Positions 48,143 through 57,862 are shown, counted from the stretch's first letter. The stretch: DNA of 64,000 nucleotides from Steroidobacteraceae bacterium (GCA_035495655.1 DATJFM010000091.1:968-64967), one strand, 5' to 3'. Program-made: numbers and translations. The notes: generated by a model from the letters alone, not told the origin.

Positions 48143-49027
48143 CTACTCCCGGCCGAAGAGTCCCGCCGGCCGCAGAATGAGCACCAGCGCCATGATGACG
48201 AACACGACGATGTTGGAGGCTTCCGGATAGATGACCTTGGTGAGCCCTTCGATCAGACCGAGCACCAGGCCGCTGACGATCGAGCCCAGGATTGAGCCCA
48301 TTCCACCGATCACCACCACCGCGAACACCACGATGACGAGCTCATTCCCCATGTGCGAGTTCACCAGCACCACCGGCGAGGCGAGCACGCCCGCGAGCGC
48401 CGCGAGCGCCACACCCCCGCCATAGGTGGCGGCGACGAGCAGCGGAACGTTGACACCGAAGGCCTGCAGCAACGGAGCGTTCTCGGTGGCGGCACGCAGT
48501 GTCGCACCGAGGCGTGTGCGCTCGATGACGAACCAGGTGCCGAAGCAGACCAGCACCGAGGCGAGAATCACCCAGGCGCGATACAACGGCAGAAACATGA
48601 AATGCAGGTTGAGCGCGCCGGCGAGCGCGTCCGGCACCGGATAGGACTGGCCGCTCGCACCGAACACCTGGTGGAGCGACCCCTCGACGATCAGCGCGAG
48701 CCCGAAGGTGAGCAACAGTCCGTATAGCGCATCGAGACCATAGAGGTGCCGCAGCAGCAGCCGCTCCACCAGCACACCGAGCAGCCCGACGGCGAGCGGC
48801 GCGAGCAGCAGCGCCAGCCAGTAGTTGATGCCGAGGTACTGCAAGCCGAGCAACGCCGCAAAAGCGCCGAGCGTGTAGAAGGCGCCGTGCGCGAAGTTCA
48901 CGACGCCCATCAGCCCGAAGATCACCGCCAGCCCGAGACTCAGCAGGGCATAAAACGAGCCGTTCACCAGGCCGAGCGTCAGCTGCCCGAGTATCACCGG
49001 GACCGGGATGCCAAAGACCGTGCTCAC
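48143..49027 (-). CDS. branched-chain-amino-acid-type ABC transporter permease (LivH-like)
   Basis: 294 aa; ..GLVNGSFYALLSLGLAVIFGLMGVVNFAHG..; operon context. Confidence 0.9.
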   Translation of the reverse strand: MSTVFGIPVPVILGQLTLGLVNGSFYALLSLGLAVIFGLMGVVNFAHGAFYTLGAFAALLGLQYLGINYWLALLLAPLAVGLLGVLVERLLLRHLYGLDALYGLLLTFGLALIVEGSLHQVFGASGQSYPVPDALAGALNLHFMFLPLYRAWVILASVLVCFGTWFVIERTRLGATLRAATENAPLLQAFGVNVPLLVAATYGGGVALAALAGVLASPVVLVNSHMGNELVIVVFAVVVIGGMGSILGSIVSGLVLGLIEGLTKVIYPEASNIVVFVIMALVLILRPAGLFGRE

Positions 49028-49052
49028 GGCGCGGCCGCGTGCGTCCGCGGAG

Positions 49053-50255
49053 TTATTTGGGCGCGAGCGGACACAGACCGGTAATCGGGCCGAACGCGTC
49101 CTCGCCGCTCATTTTCCGGATCAGCTTGTAGTAATCCCAGGGATATTTCGATTCCTGCGGCGCCTTGACCTGCATCACATACATCTCGTGGATCATGGCG
49201 CCATCGGCGCGGATGTAGCCGCCCTTGGCGAACATGTCGTTGATCTTGTCCTTCTTCAGCTGCGCCATGACCTTGTCGGAATCCGTGGTGCCGGCGGCCT
49301 TCACCGCCTTCAGATAGGTGAGAGTGGCCGAGTAGGCGCCCGCGTGGTCCATGGTGGGCTCGCGGTTCATCTTGGCGAAGAAACGCTTGGCAAAGGCGCG
49401 CGTCTCACCGTTCAGGTCCCAGTAGAAGCCGGTAGTGAGATACAGGCCCTGGGCGGTCTTCAGCCCGAGGCTGTGGATGTCGGTCAAGAAGGCGAGCAGC
49501 GCTGCCGGCTTCATGGTGCGGGTGATTCCGAATTCGTTGGCGGCCTTGAGCGAGTTGCTGAAATCCGTCCCCGCATTGGCGAGCCCGAGCACCTGTGCGC
49601 CGGAGGACTGAGCCTGGAGCAGGAAAGAGGAGAAGTCCGCTGCACCGAGCGGTACCCGCACGGCTCCGAGGTTCTTGCCACCATGAGTCTCCACTACCTT
49701 CGAGGCCGCGCTCTGCAGCTGTGTGCCGAAGGCATAGTCCGCAGTCAGGTAGAACCAGGTTTTGCCGCCGGCGCTGATTATGGCGGTCGCCGTGCCGTTG
49801 GCGAGCGCGGTAGTGTCGTACACGTAGTGCACCGAATAAGCCGTGCAGTCCTCGTTGGTGAGTGAGGCGCCTCCCGCACCGATCACGATGAAAGGCACCT
49901 TCTTGGCGGCCGCGACCTTCGACATGGCGATGTTGACGCCGGTGTTGGAACCCCCGAGCAGAAGGTTGAGGCCCTGCTGATCGGCCCATTCACGGAACTT
50001 CGAGGCGCCGATGTCGGGCTTGTTCTGGTGATCGGCGCTGAGCACCGTGATCTTCCTGCCGAGCACCGTGCCACCGAAGTCGGCGATTGCCATGTTGATG
50101 GCCTCGACCCCGCCGGCACCCTCGACGTCCGCGTACACTCCGGACATATCGTCGATGTCGCCGATCACCACCGGCTCGCCCGCCGCATGCGCCACGCAGG
50201 GACCCGCTGCGATGAAGACGGTGCCGAGCACACTCATCCACCTGCTCACTGTCAT
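49053..50255 (-). CDS. ABC transporter substrate-binding protein (type I periplasmic binding fold, Liv/amide family)
   Basis: ORF 49053..50336(-) trimmed to MTVSRWMSVLGTVFIAAGPCVAHAA (signal peptide; AGGAGA SD 6 nt upstream). ..VVIGDIDDMSGVYADVEG.. typical N-terminus. Confidence 0.9.
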   Translation of the reverse strand: MTVSRWMSVLGTVFIAAGPCVAHAAGEPVVIGDIDDMSGVYADVEGAGGVEAINMAIADFGGTVLGRKITVLSADHQNKPDIGASKFREWADQQGLNLLLGGSNTGVNIAMSKVAAAKKVPFIVIGAGGASLTNEDCTAYSVHYVYDTTALANGTATAIISAGGKTWFYLTADYAFGTQLQSAASKVVETHGGKNLGAVRVPLGAADFSSFLLQAQSSGAQVLGLANAGTDFSNSLKAANEFGITRTMKPAALLAFLTDIHSLGLKTAQGLYLTTGFYWDLNGETRAFAKRFFAKMNREPTMDHAGAYSATLTYLKAVKAAGTTDSDKVMAQLKKDKINDMFAKGGYIRADGAMIHEMYVMQVKAPQESKYPWDYYKLIRKMSGEDAFGPITGLCPLAPK

Positions 50256-50284
50256 TGGTCTTCTCCTGAGTAGGAATGGGTCGG

Positions 50285-50989
50285 TCAAACGCCGAGAAAC
50301 TGGTGCAACAACGGCATTTTGGCCTGAAGCTCGCACGCCGCGAAGCCCGCTACGATGCGCCCACGCTCCATTACGTAGAAGCGGTCGGCGAGTGGCGCGG
50401 CGAAACGAAAGTTCTGCTCCACCATGACGATGGTGTAGCCGCGCTCGCGCAAGCGGCGGATGGTATGCGACAGCGCGCGCACGATGACCGGCGCGAGCCC
50501 TTCGGAGATCTCATCGAGCAGCAACAGCCGTGCACCCGTGCGCAGAATGCGCGCGAGCGCCAGCATCTGCTGCTCACCGCCCGAGAGGTGCGTCCCTTGG
50601 CTGTGGCGCCGCTCGCGCAGGTTGGGAAACATCTCGTAGATCTCCTCGAGCGGCAGACCGCCCGGTGCCAGCGGCGGAGGCAAAAGCAGGTTCTCTTCCG
50701 TCGAGAGGCTCGCGTAGATGCCACGGTCCTCCGGGCAATAGCCCACCCCGAGACGTGCGATGCGGTGCGCGGCAAGAGCGATCGCTTCCTGTCCATTAAT
50801 GGTCACCGAGCCCGAGCGGCTGCCAACGAGGCCGAGCAGGGCACGCAGCGTCGTGGTGCGGCCGGCGCCGTTGCGGCCGAGAAGGGTCACGACCTCTCCC
50901 TCCTCGACGTGGCAGGTGACACCGTGCAGCACGTGCGACTCGCCGTAGTAGGCATGCAGGTCGGTGACGCGCAGCGGGGTCGCGCTCAT
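50285..50989 (-). CDS. ABC transporter ATP-binding protein (LivF-like)
   Basis: 234 aa; Walker A GRNGAGRTT, signature LSGGEQQML, Walker B LLLLDE. Confidence 0.92.
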   Translation of the reverse strand: MSATPLRVTDLHAYYGESHVLHGVTCHVEEGEVVTLLGRNGAGRTTTLRALLGLVGSRSGSVTINGQEAIALAAHRIARLGVGYCPEDRGIYASLSTEENLLLPPPLAPGGLPLEEIYEMFPNLRERRHSQGTHLSGGEQQMLALARILRTGARLLLLDEISEGLAPVIVRALSHTIRRLRERGYTIVMVEQNFRFAAPLADRFYVMERGRIVAGFAACELQAKMPLLHQFLGV

Positions 50990-51780
50990 ACGGGCGTGCC
51001 AGCGGGCGCTGGATCCTCCGCGCCCATGTACGCTTCCATCACCAGCGGGTTGCGCGAGACCTCGCTGTACTGGCCGCTGGCGATGACCTTGCCTCGCTGC
51101 AGCACCGTGATGGTGTCGGCGATGCGCGCGACCACGTGCATGTTGTGCTCCACCATCAACACGGTGCGCTGGGACGCGGCCTGGCGGATGAGGGCGGTGA
51201 CGCGGTCGACGTCCTCATGCGCCATTCCCTGGGTCGGCTCATCGAGCAGCATGAGCTGCGGCGCCATCGCGAGCGTCGTGGCCAGCTCGAGGGCGCGTTT
51301 GCGCCCGTAGGGAAGCTCCACCGCCCGCACATGGGCGAAGCCGGCGAGGTCGACCTGCGCCAGCAGCTCGTGCACCTGTCCATCGAGCACCGCCAGGCTC
51401 GCTGCCGACTTCCAGAAATGGAACGTGGTTGCGAGCGTGCGTTGCAGCGCAATGCGCACGTTCTCCAGCACCGTGAGATGTGCAAACACCGCGGACAGCT
51501 GGAAGGAGCGCACGATGCCGCGGCGCGCGAGCTCGGCCGGCTTGGCCAGGGTGATGTCCTCGCCGCGATACAGAATCTGTCCGCGGTCGGGAATCAGAAA
51601 CTTGGTGAGCAGGTTGAAGAAGGTGGTCTTGCCGGCGCCATTCGGACCGATGAGTGCGTGGACTTCGCCGCGACGCACCCGCAGATCGACGTTGCTCACG
51701 GCGACGAAGCCCTTGAACTGCTTGCTGAGTCCCCGCGTCTCGAGGATGACGTCATCGACCGGGCCGTGCGGCGCCGCCAT
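50986..51780 (-). CDS. ABC transporter ATP-binding protein (LivG-like)
   Basis: ORF 50986..51945(-) trimmed to MAAPHGPVDDVILETRGLSKQF. Walker A GPNGAGKTT, LPYGRKRALELA, LMLLDEP. Confidence 0.92.
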   Translation of the reverse strand: MAAPHGPVDDVILETRGLSKQFKGFVAVSNVDLRVRRGEVHALIGPNGAGKTTFFNLLTKFLIPDRGQILYRGEDITLAKPAELARRGIVRSFQLSAVFAHLTVLENVRIALQRTLATTFHFWKSAASLAVLDGQVHELLAQVDLAGFAHVRAVELPYGRKRALELATTLAMAPQLMLLDEPTQGMAHEDVDRVTALIRQAASQRTVLMVEHNMHVVARIADTITVLQRGKVIASGQYSEVSRNPLVMEAYMGAEDPAPAGTPV

Positions 51781-51847
51781 TGGAGCCCCCCCTGCCGTGC
51801 GCTCCGGCGCGAAGTCTATCGGCTGTGCTCCAAAAAGGTCGAGTGAG

Positions 51848-52393
51848 CTAACCGTGGGGGCTGGCACGCTGCACCGGTTCGAAGCTGACGCCGGAGAGCG
51901 CCTTGACGAGCGCATCGAACTCGGGTGGCCGTGCCGGGGAGCCATCGGCCGTGACCGCGAGCCGATAGAGATGCCGGTCCACGATCACGTAGGTGAGGCA
52001 GGTGTAGCGGGTGCTGTCTCCGGAGCCACCACGGGCATCGACGACCGTCCATGCATTGTGACCGCCAACGGAAGTAGGTGCACCGAGCGTCTTCGATTCC
52101 ACGTTGCCGTGATAGCGCCGGTCGAGCGTGGCGCGATAGGCCGGCTCGGCGACATCGCTGCCGGAGGGGATCGGCTCCTCCTCGCGAAAGATGTTGAGCT
52201 CCGCGGTGCCGAGGCGCACCAGCGCGCTGTACCCGGCCGGATACTGGGTCGCCTCGCTCACCTGCGGCTTGGTCGCAGCGCTCGGCATGCCTGCCAGATG
52301 CACGCCAAGCTCTGGAACATCGATCTCATCGGCCTGGACAGCCAACGACCGGAACAGCAGCGCGAGCAGTACGGGTACGACGGTGCGGTGCAT
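51848..52393 (-). CDS. hypothetical secreted protein
   Basis: ORF 51848..52507(-) trimmed to MHRTVVPVLLALLFRSLAVQA (signal peptide). No motif recognised. Lies 67 nt upstream of, and co-oriented with, the Liv-type operon. Confidence 0.5.
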   Translation of the reverse strand: MHRTVVPVLLALLFRSLAVQADEIDVPELGVHLAGMPSAATKPQVSEATQYPAGYSALVRLGTAELNIFREEEPIPSGSDVAEPAYRATLDRRYHGNVESKTLGAPTSVGGHNAWTVVDARGGSGDSTRYTCLTYVIVDRHLYRLAVTADGSPARPPEFDALVKALSGVSFEPVQRASPHG

Positions 52394-52460
52394 TGTCTGG
52401 ATATTAGCATTGCACATCACACTGCCCCGCGCGGCGGATGGCATTAGACTTGCGCTTCTG

Positions 52461-52889
52461 ATGGACCGTGTTGCAAGCCGCAGGGACCGCGTCAATGCAC
52501 GCCGCAACCAACGGACGGGCGGCGATCATGCCGCGCGGCGTGCGCGCGCCAAGCGTCGCACCGCACCTGCCGCGGCCGCTGTCGAGAGTCCTGCGCTGCA
52601 GGCCATCTGGCACGTGGTGTGCACCATCCCGCGCGGTCAGGTGTCGACCTATGGCGCAGTCGCCCGCGCCGCAGGCTTTCCTGGGCGTGCGCGACAGGCC
52701 GGCTTTGCGCTGCGCGTGGCGCCGGCGGCGCTGCAGCTACCCTGGCACCGAGTCGTCGGAGCGGGCGGCCGCATTGCGTTCGCACCAGCCTCCGCCGCCT
52801 TCCGGGAACAGGCCCGCCGGCTGCGCGCCGAAGGCGTCCGGGTGGTTGCAGGGCGGGTCGAGGGGCGGGCGCTGACCGAGCTCGTATGA
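52461..52889 (+). CDS. alkyltransferase-like (ATL) protein: MGMT DNA-binding domain with Trp replacing the acceptor Cys
   Basis: C-terminal 142 aa of ORF 52191..52889. ..IPRGQVSTYGAVARAAGFPGRARQAGFAL..LQLPWHRVVGAGGRI.. (PWHRV instead of PCHRV). The N-terminal ~40 aa are Arg-rich, so the start is uncertain. Confidence 0.8.
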   Translation: MDRVASRRDRVNARRNQRTGGDHAARRARAKRRTAPAAAAVESPALQAIWHVVCTIPRGQVSTYGAVARAAGFPGRARQAGFALRVAPAALQLPWHRVVGAGGRIAFAPASAAFREQARRLRAEGVRVVAGRVEGRALTELV

Positions 52890-53578
52890 ACCTGCCGATG
52901 CTCCGCGTGGTACTCACGATTGCCGGTGCACGCGCCACCCCACACCTGGAGAGAGACATCCGCGCAGAGACCCTCGGCCTGGGGATCGCCGCCCTGGTGC
53001 TCCTGCTTCAGCCTGCGGAAGCTACGCAGGGCGAGTGGGTGACCGATCCGGTCATCCAGCATCGACTCGCAGCCGGTGAGGTGGTGGTGGCAAGCTCCAT
53101 CGATCCCACTCGGCCACGTGGCCGGGTGCGCGCCGCGGTGCGCATCGATGCATCGCCCGAGGCGATCTTCGCGATCGTGACCGACTGCCACGAGGCGCTA
53201 TCGTTCGTCCCGGGCCTGCGGCATTGCCGGCTCATCGACGGTGCTCCCGATGGGAGCTGGCAGGACGTCGAGCACGATGTCCGCTATTCGTGGCTGCTGC
53301 CGAGCGTCCGTTACGTGTTTCGCGCCGTGTACGATCGACCGCATCGCATCGACTTCCATCGCATAAGCGGCGATCTGAAGCAGGAGGAGGGCACCTGGCT
53401 GCTGACGCGCAGCGCCGACGGTGCGGGCACGGTGGTGCAGTACGAGGTGTATCTCGATCCCGGCTTCTGGATCCCGCGGGCACTGGTCACGCGCTCGCTG
53501 CGCAAGGACATTCCCGCGGTGCTCACGGGCCTGCGCGCATGCGCGGAGCATGATGCAAGTCAGTGTCTACCGCACTGA
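52886..53578 (+). CDS. SRPBCC (cyclase/dehydrase, START-like) family protein with an N-terminal hydrophobic segment
   Basis: C-terminal 230 aa of ORF 52619..53578. The ATG overlaps the ATL stop (ATGA). ..RVRAAVRIDASPEAIFAIVTDCHEALSFVPGL..GTWLLTRSADGAGTVVQYEVYLDPGFWIP.. Confidence 0.7.
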   Translation: MNLPMLRVVLTIAGARATPHLERDIRAETLGLGIAALVLLLQPAEATQGEWVTDPVIQHRLAAGEVVVASSIDPTRPRGRVRAAVRIDASPEAIFAIVTDCHEALSFVPGLRHCRLIDGAPDGSWQDVEHDVRYSWLLPSVRYVFRAVYDRPHRIDFHRISGDLKQEEGTWLLTRSADGAGTVVQYEVYLDPGFWIPRALVTRSLRKDIPAVLTGLRACAEHDASQCLPH

Positions 53579-53598
53579 CTCACGGTAGCGTGGGCTCC

Positions 53599-55230
53599 AT
53601 GCGCGCGGCTCACCTGACGCTACTGCTGTCGGTCAGTCTCGCCGCTTGCGGCGGCGGCAGCCATATGGGCTCGACAGCACCGCCGCCTGCGGGCCCCACC
53701 CCGACGCCGACCGAGCACACCGACGTCGTGACCTACAAGAACGATAACGCACGTACCGGTCAGAACCTGACCGAGTCGGTGCTCACTCCGAGCAACGTGA
53801 GCTCGGCGACCTTCGGGCTGCAGCGGATACTCGCAGTCGACGCCAAAGTGGATGCCACGCCGCTGTATCTATCGGCACTTACCGTGCAAGGCGCCAGCCA
53901 TAACGTGGTGTTCGCCGCGACCGAGGGGGATTCGGTGTACGCATTCGATGCGGACAGTGGTGCGCTGCTCTGGCACGTGTCGTTGCTCGGTGCCGGTGAG
54001 GGCGTCGTCGAGAAGCTCCCGGCTGGCTGCCAGCAGGTGGCACCGACCATCGGTATCACCGCGACGCCGGTCATCGACCGCGGCGCCGGTCCGCACGGGG
54101 TCCTCTATGTGGCGGCCATGTCCGTGGCGAGCGGCTCGGGGAACTATCATCAGCGCCTGCATGCCCTGGACGTGACCAGCGGTGCGGAGCTCTTCGGTGG
54201 CCCGGTGGACATCAGCGCGACCTATCCCACACTTGGTGGCGTGACCCGCTTCGATCCGCTGCAGTACGAGGAGCGCGCCGCCCTGCTGCTGCTGAATGGC
54301 ACGCTCTACACCAGCTGGACCTCGCACTGCGATGCGTTTCCGTATAGCGGCTGGATCATCGCCTTCAATGCCACTACGCTAGCACCCAGTGCGGTGCTCA
54401 ACGTTGCACCCAACAGCGGCGGGATGGGCCCGGCCATCTGGATGAGCGGCGGGGGACCTGCCGCGGATACGGCGGGCAACATCTACCTGCTCACCGCCAA
54501 TGGGGTTTTCGAGCCGACACTCGATGGCAACGGATTTCCCGACCAGGGGGACTTCGGCAACAGCTTCCTCAAGCTGTCGACGGCGGGCGGGGCCCTTGCG
54601 GTGAGCGATTACTTCACCATGTACAACGAGGTTGATGAATCCAACCGCGACGAAGATCTGGGGTCGGGTGGCATCATGCTGCTGCCCGATCTCACCGACT
54701 CCGGCGGCACCGTACGGCATCTGGCAGTGGGTGCGGGCAAGGACGGCAACATGTATGTCACCGACCGTGACTCCATGGGGCGATTCAACAACAGCGGCAA
54801 CCAGATCTGGCAGGAACTGCCGAACGTCCTGTCCTCGGGCATCTGGTCGACCCCGGCGTACTTCAACGGAGCGGTGTATTACGGGCCGAGCGGCGGTGGG
54901 CTACGCGCGTTCACGGTTAAGGCGGCACGGCTCTCGACGACCGCTTCCTCGAGCACGGCGGTGAGCTTCAGGTACCCCGGCACTTCTCCGGCCGTGTCGG
55001 CCAACGGAACCAGCAACGCTATCCTCTGGGCACACGAGAACACGAACCCCGCGGTGCTGCACGCCTACGATGCCGGCAATCTCGCCCACGAGCTGTACAA
55101 CAGCTCTCAGGCCGCGAACGGACGCGATGAGTTCGGCCCCGGCAACAAATTCATCACACCGGTGATTGCCGATGGCAGGGTATTCATCGGCACACAAAGC
55201 GGCGTGGCGGTGTTCGGGCTGCTCAATTGA
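53599..55230 (+). CDS. beta-propeller lipoprotein (PQQ-like/BamB-like repeat fold)
   Basis: ORF 53563..55230. MRAAHLTLLLSVSLAACGG lipobox start preferred. ..VVFAATEGDSVYAFDADSGALLWHVSL.., ..GVLYVAAMS.., ..GNIYLLTANG.., ..GRVFIGTQSGVAVFGL repeat-like strands. Confidence 0.72.
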   Translation: MRAAHLTLLLSVSLAACGGGSHMGSTAPPPAGPTPTPTEHTDVVTYKNDNARTGQNLTESVLTPSNVSSATFGLQRILAVDAKVDATPLYLSALTVQGASHNVVFAATEGDSVYAFDADSGALLWHVSLLGAGEGVVEKLPAGCQQVAPTIGITATPVIDRGAGPHGVLYVAAMSVASGSGNYHQRLHALDVTSGAELFGGPVDISATYPTLGGVTRFDPLQYEERAALLLLNGTLYTSWTSHCDAFPYSGWIIAFNATTLAPSAVLNVAPNSGGMGPAIWMSGGGPAADTAGNIYLLTANGVFEPTLDGNGFPDQGDFGNSFLKLSTAGGALAVSDYFTMYNEVDESNRDEDLGSGGIMLLPDLTDSGGTVRHLAVGAGKDGNMYVTDRDSMGRFNNSGNQIWQELPNVLSSGIWSTPAYFNGAVYYGPSGGGLRAFTVKAARLSTTASSSTAVSFRYPGTSPAVSANGTSNAILWAHENTNPAVLHAYDAGNLAHELYNSSQAANGRDEFGPGNKFITPVIADGRVFIGTQSGVAVFGLLN

Positions 55231-55244
55231 ACCATGCAGTACCG

Positions 55245-56078
55245 ATGAACCGCGGGCGACTCGCCAACGGCGCCACAGCACTGCAACTCGCGCCGGGTCA
55301 ATTCTTCGGCGGTACGCGCCTCGCCCGCTCGGACGCTCACATTGCGATCACGCATCGAATTGCGGTGGGTCTGCCGGAAGAAGTCATCACCCATACTCAC
55401 CTCGACGCTCATTTCATACTGGTTACCGGCGGTGAGTATGTTTCCTCTGCGGAGGGGAGCCCGGGCAGCGGACCGGTGCTGATCTACAATCCTCCGGGCA
55501 CTACGCACCGCGACCACTTCGCGCGCGGACGGGGCAGCTTCTTCGCCATCTCGCTCACACCCGACTATGCAGCCATGGGGCTCGGCGGCACGGCCGTAGC
55601 CAATGCGCCGCGGCACCTCGTGGCACCCGTGCAGCATGCGCTCGCCCGGCGTATCGCCGCGAGCTGCGCGGCGGAGGTCGCGGGTCTTTCTATCGATGCC
55701 CTGTGCCTGGAGCTCCTCGGTAGCATGGACGCACGCGCGTTGGCTGTGCCGGCATCGACCCCCGCGTGGCTCGAGCGAGCCGTCGAGCTGTTGCGCGATT
55801 GCTGCCGTGATGAGCTTTCCGTCGCCGAGATTGCCGCTGCGGCCGGTGTGCACCCGGTGCATCTCGCACGCACGTTTCGCCGGCATTTACGCTGCACACC
55901 GGGACAGTTCATGCGCTTTCACCAGCTCGAGTACGCGGCATCGATGCTGCTGCGTACGGCACGCCCGCTCGCCGAGGTAGCGCTCAACAGCGGCTTCGCC
56001 GATCAGAGTCACTTCAGCCGGGTCTTCACCCGCCATTTCGGACTGCCCCCCGGGAAGTATCGGGTGCTCGCCAGCTAG
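55245..56078 (+). CDS. AraC-family transcriptional regulator
   Basis: ORF 55227..56078 (a TTG at 55227 is possible; ATG 55245 preferred). C-terminal double HTH ..VAEIAAAAGVHPVHLARTFRRH..ALNSGFADQSHFSRVFTRHFGLPPGKYR. Confidence 0.85.
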   Translation: MNRGRLANGATALQLAPGQFFGGTRLARSDAHIAITHRIAVGLPEEVITHTHLDAHFILVTGGEYVSSAEGSPGSGPVLIYNPPGTTHRDHFARGRGSFFAISLTPDYAAMGLGGTAVANAPRHLVAPVQHALARRIAASCAAEVAGLSIDALCLELLGSMDARALAVPASTPAWLERAVELLRDCCRDELSVAEIAAAAGVHPVHLARTFRRHLRCTPGQFMRFHQLEYAASMLLRTARPLAEVALNSGFADQSHFSRVFTRHFGLPPGKYRVLAS

Positions 56079-56176
56079 TGGCGGCGCGCACAGGTTTCAA
56101 ATCGACAATACGCGCGTCCTCCCTCCGCGGCACAGTAGCGCCGCCGTCCCGCCGTGCGGGGCGCGAGGAGAGACGC

Positions 56177-57277
56177 ATGTTTACCCGCGTGCGCATGTTC
56201 CCGCCCGGCCTGCTGGCGCTTGCGGCGGCGGTGGCCGTGGCGCAAGAGCCGGTGCTCAGCTCCCCCGAGACCGCCGGTCTTTCGGCGCAACGGCTTGCGC
56301 AGATGGAGCAATCGATCCGGGCGGGAGATTTCAAGCAGGTCACGAGCGTCCTCCTGGCCCGCGGCGGCCGGCTCGCCTACGAGCGCTACTTCGATGCCGA
56401 CGGTGCGGAGGGGTTGCGCAATACCCGCTCGGCCACCAAGACCATTACCGGCATGTTGATCGGTATCGCGATCGACCGGGGACTGCTGTCCGGTGTCAGC
56501 GCACGGGTGCTCGAATTCTTTCCCGAGCAGCAGCCGTTGCTGAACCCGGATCCGCGCAAGCAGCAGATCACCGTAGAGGACTTCCTCACCATGAGCTCGC
56601 TGCTCGAGTGCGACGATGAAAATTCGTTCTCGCGCGGCAACGAGGAACGCATGTATCTCGTCGAGGACTGGGTTCGATTCACGCTCGATCTGCCGATCCG
56701 TGGGTTTCCCGACTGGGTGCCGAAACCGGCTGCATCCCCGTACGGACGCAGTTGGAGCTATTGCACCGCAGGTGCAACGACACTCGGGCCGCTGCTCGAG
56801 CGCGCGACCCACCAGAGCGTGCCGGATTTCGCACGCCAGTATCTGTTTGCGCCACTCGGGATCACTCAGGTGCGGTGGCAGTTTCAACCGCTCGGTGCTG
56901 CCATGACGGGCGGGGGCCTCAACCTGCGCAGCCGCGACCTGCTGAAGCTCGCTCAGCTCTACCTCAACGAGGGTATCTGGAACGGGAAGCGGGTGATCTC
57001 CGCCGACTGGATCCACCGCTCGATCGCCCCGCACGCCCAGGCGCGCGAGGATACCGACTACGGTTACCTGTGGTGGCTACCGGTTTTCCACGCGCACGGC
57101 CGGGACTTCAGGTGTTTCGCCATGTACGGCACCGGCGGAAACAAAGTCTACGTCCTGCCGCAGGAGCAGCTCGTGGTGGTCGTCACCACCGTGAACTTCC
57201 ACGTTGCCGGCGCCGGAGCCCTTACCGACCGGCTGCTTAGCGAGCACATCCTGGCGTCGCTTCAAAAAACACCTTGA
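56177..57277 (+). CDS. exported serine hydrolase (beta-lactamase/transpeptidase-like, class C fold)
   Basis: ORF 56078..57277 trimmed to MFTRVRMFPPGLLALAAAVAVAQ (signal peptide). S-x-x-K motif ..RSATKTITGML.. Confidence 0.85.
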   Translation: MFTRVRMFPPGLLALAAAVAVAQEPVLSSPETAGLSAQRLAQMEQSIRAGDFKQVTSVLLARGGRLAYERYFDADGAEGLRNTRSATKTITGMLIGIAIDRGLLSGVSARVLEFFPEQQPLLNPDPRKQQITVEDFLTMSSLLECDDENSFSRGNEERMYLVEDWVRFTLDLPIRGFPDWVPKPAASPYGRSWSYCTAGATTLGPLLERATHQSVPDFARQYLFAPLGITQVRWQFQPLGAAMTGGGLNLRSRDLLKLAQLYLNEGIWNGKRVISADWIHRSIAPHAQAREDTDYGYLWWLPVFHAHGRDFRCFAMYGTGGNKVYVLPQEQLVVVVTTVNFHVAGAGALTDRLLSEHILASLQKTP

Positions 57278-57366
57278 CCGCGGGCCCGGTGCCGGATCAG
57301 GGTTAGAAGCGGTGGGCGCGCTGCGGTGCGTCACACCGCTGTGCCGATGGGGCCGGGGAGACGACT

Positions 57367-57744
57367 ATGCAGCGCATGGTTCACGACTATCTGAGAGCGC
57401 TCGAAGCGGGAGACGCCGATCGGGCTGCAGCCCTTTTCATACCCGATGGCTGCGTGGAATCGCCGTTTCTCGGGCGGCTGCCGGTCAAGCAGTTCGTGAA
57501 AAAGGTGGCGGACTCTTCCCGCGGGACCAAACTCACCGTGCACGATGTGCTCGTGAGCGCTGAGGGTCACCTGCGCGCGGTGGCTTACTACCAGTATGAC
57601 TGGCGCCTGCAGGATGGCTCGCGCGTGTCATTCGACTGCGCCGATGTTTTCAACTTCGATCCGAGCACCGGACACATCCAGTCCATCGTGCTCGTGTACG
57701 ATACGCATCCGGTACGCGCGGTGGTGGAGAACAAGTACCCCTGA
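57367..57744 (+). CDS. SnoaL-like / NTF2-fold protein
   Basis: 125 aa; MQRMVHDYLRALEAGDADRAAALFIPDGCVESPFLG.. is the typical SnoaL/ketosteroid-isomerase-like N-terminus. Confidence 0.7.
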   Translation: MQRMVHDYLRALEAGDADRAAALFIPDGCVESPFLGRLPVKQFVKKVADSSRGTKLTVHDVLVSAEGHLRAVAYYQYDWRLQDGSRVSFDCADVFNFDPSTGHIQSIVLVYDTHPVRAVVENKYP

Positions 57745-57862
57745 GGTGCGGCGGCGCCGCTAGTGCCGGCCGCTGACGGCCGCACGCGCACGCGCACAAA
57801 ATTCCTGGCCACGCGCGCAGCGCCACGCTCGCCTCGTCACACACAACAGCAGGGCAAGACCA

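Noticed and set aside
56671-56680. tRNA T-loop-like GGTTCGATTC
   Set aside because: It is embedded in the serine hydrolase CDS with no acceptor or anticodon arms around it. No tRNA cloverleaf could be built anywhere in the window.
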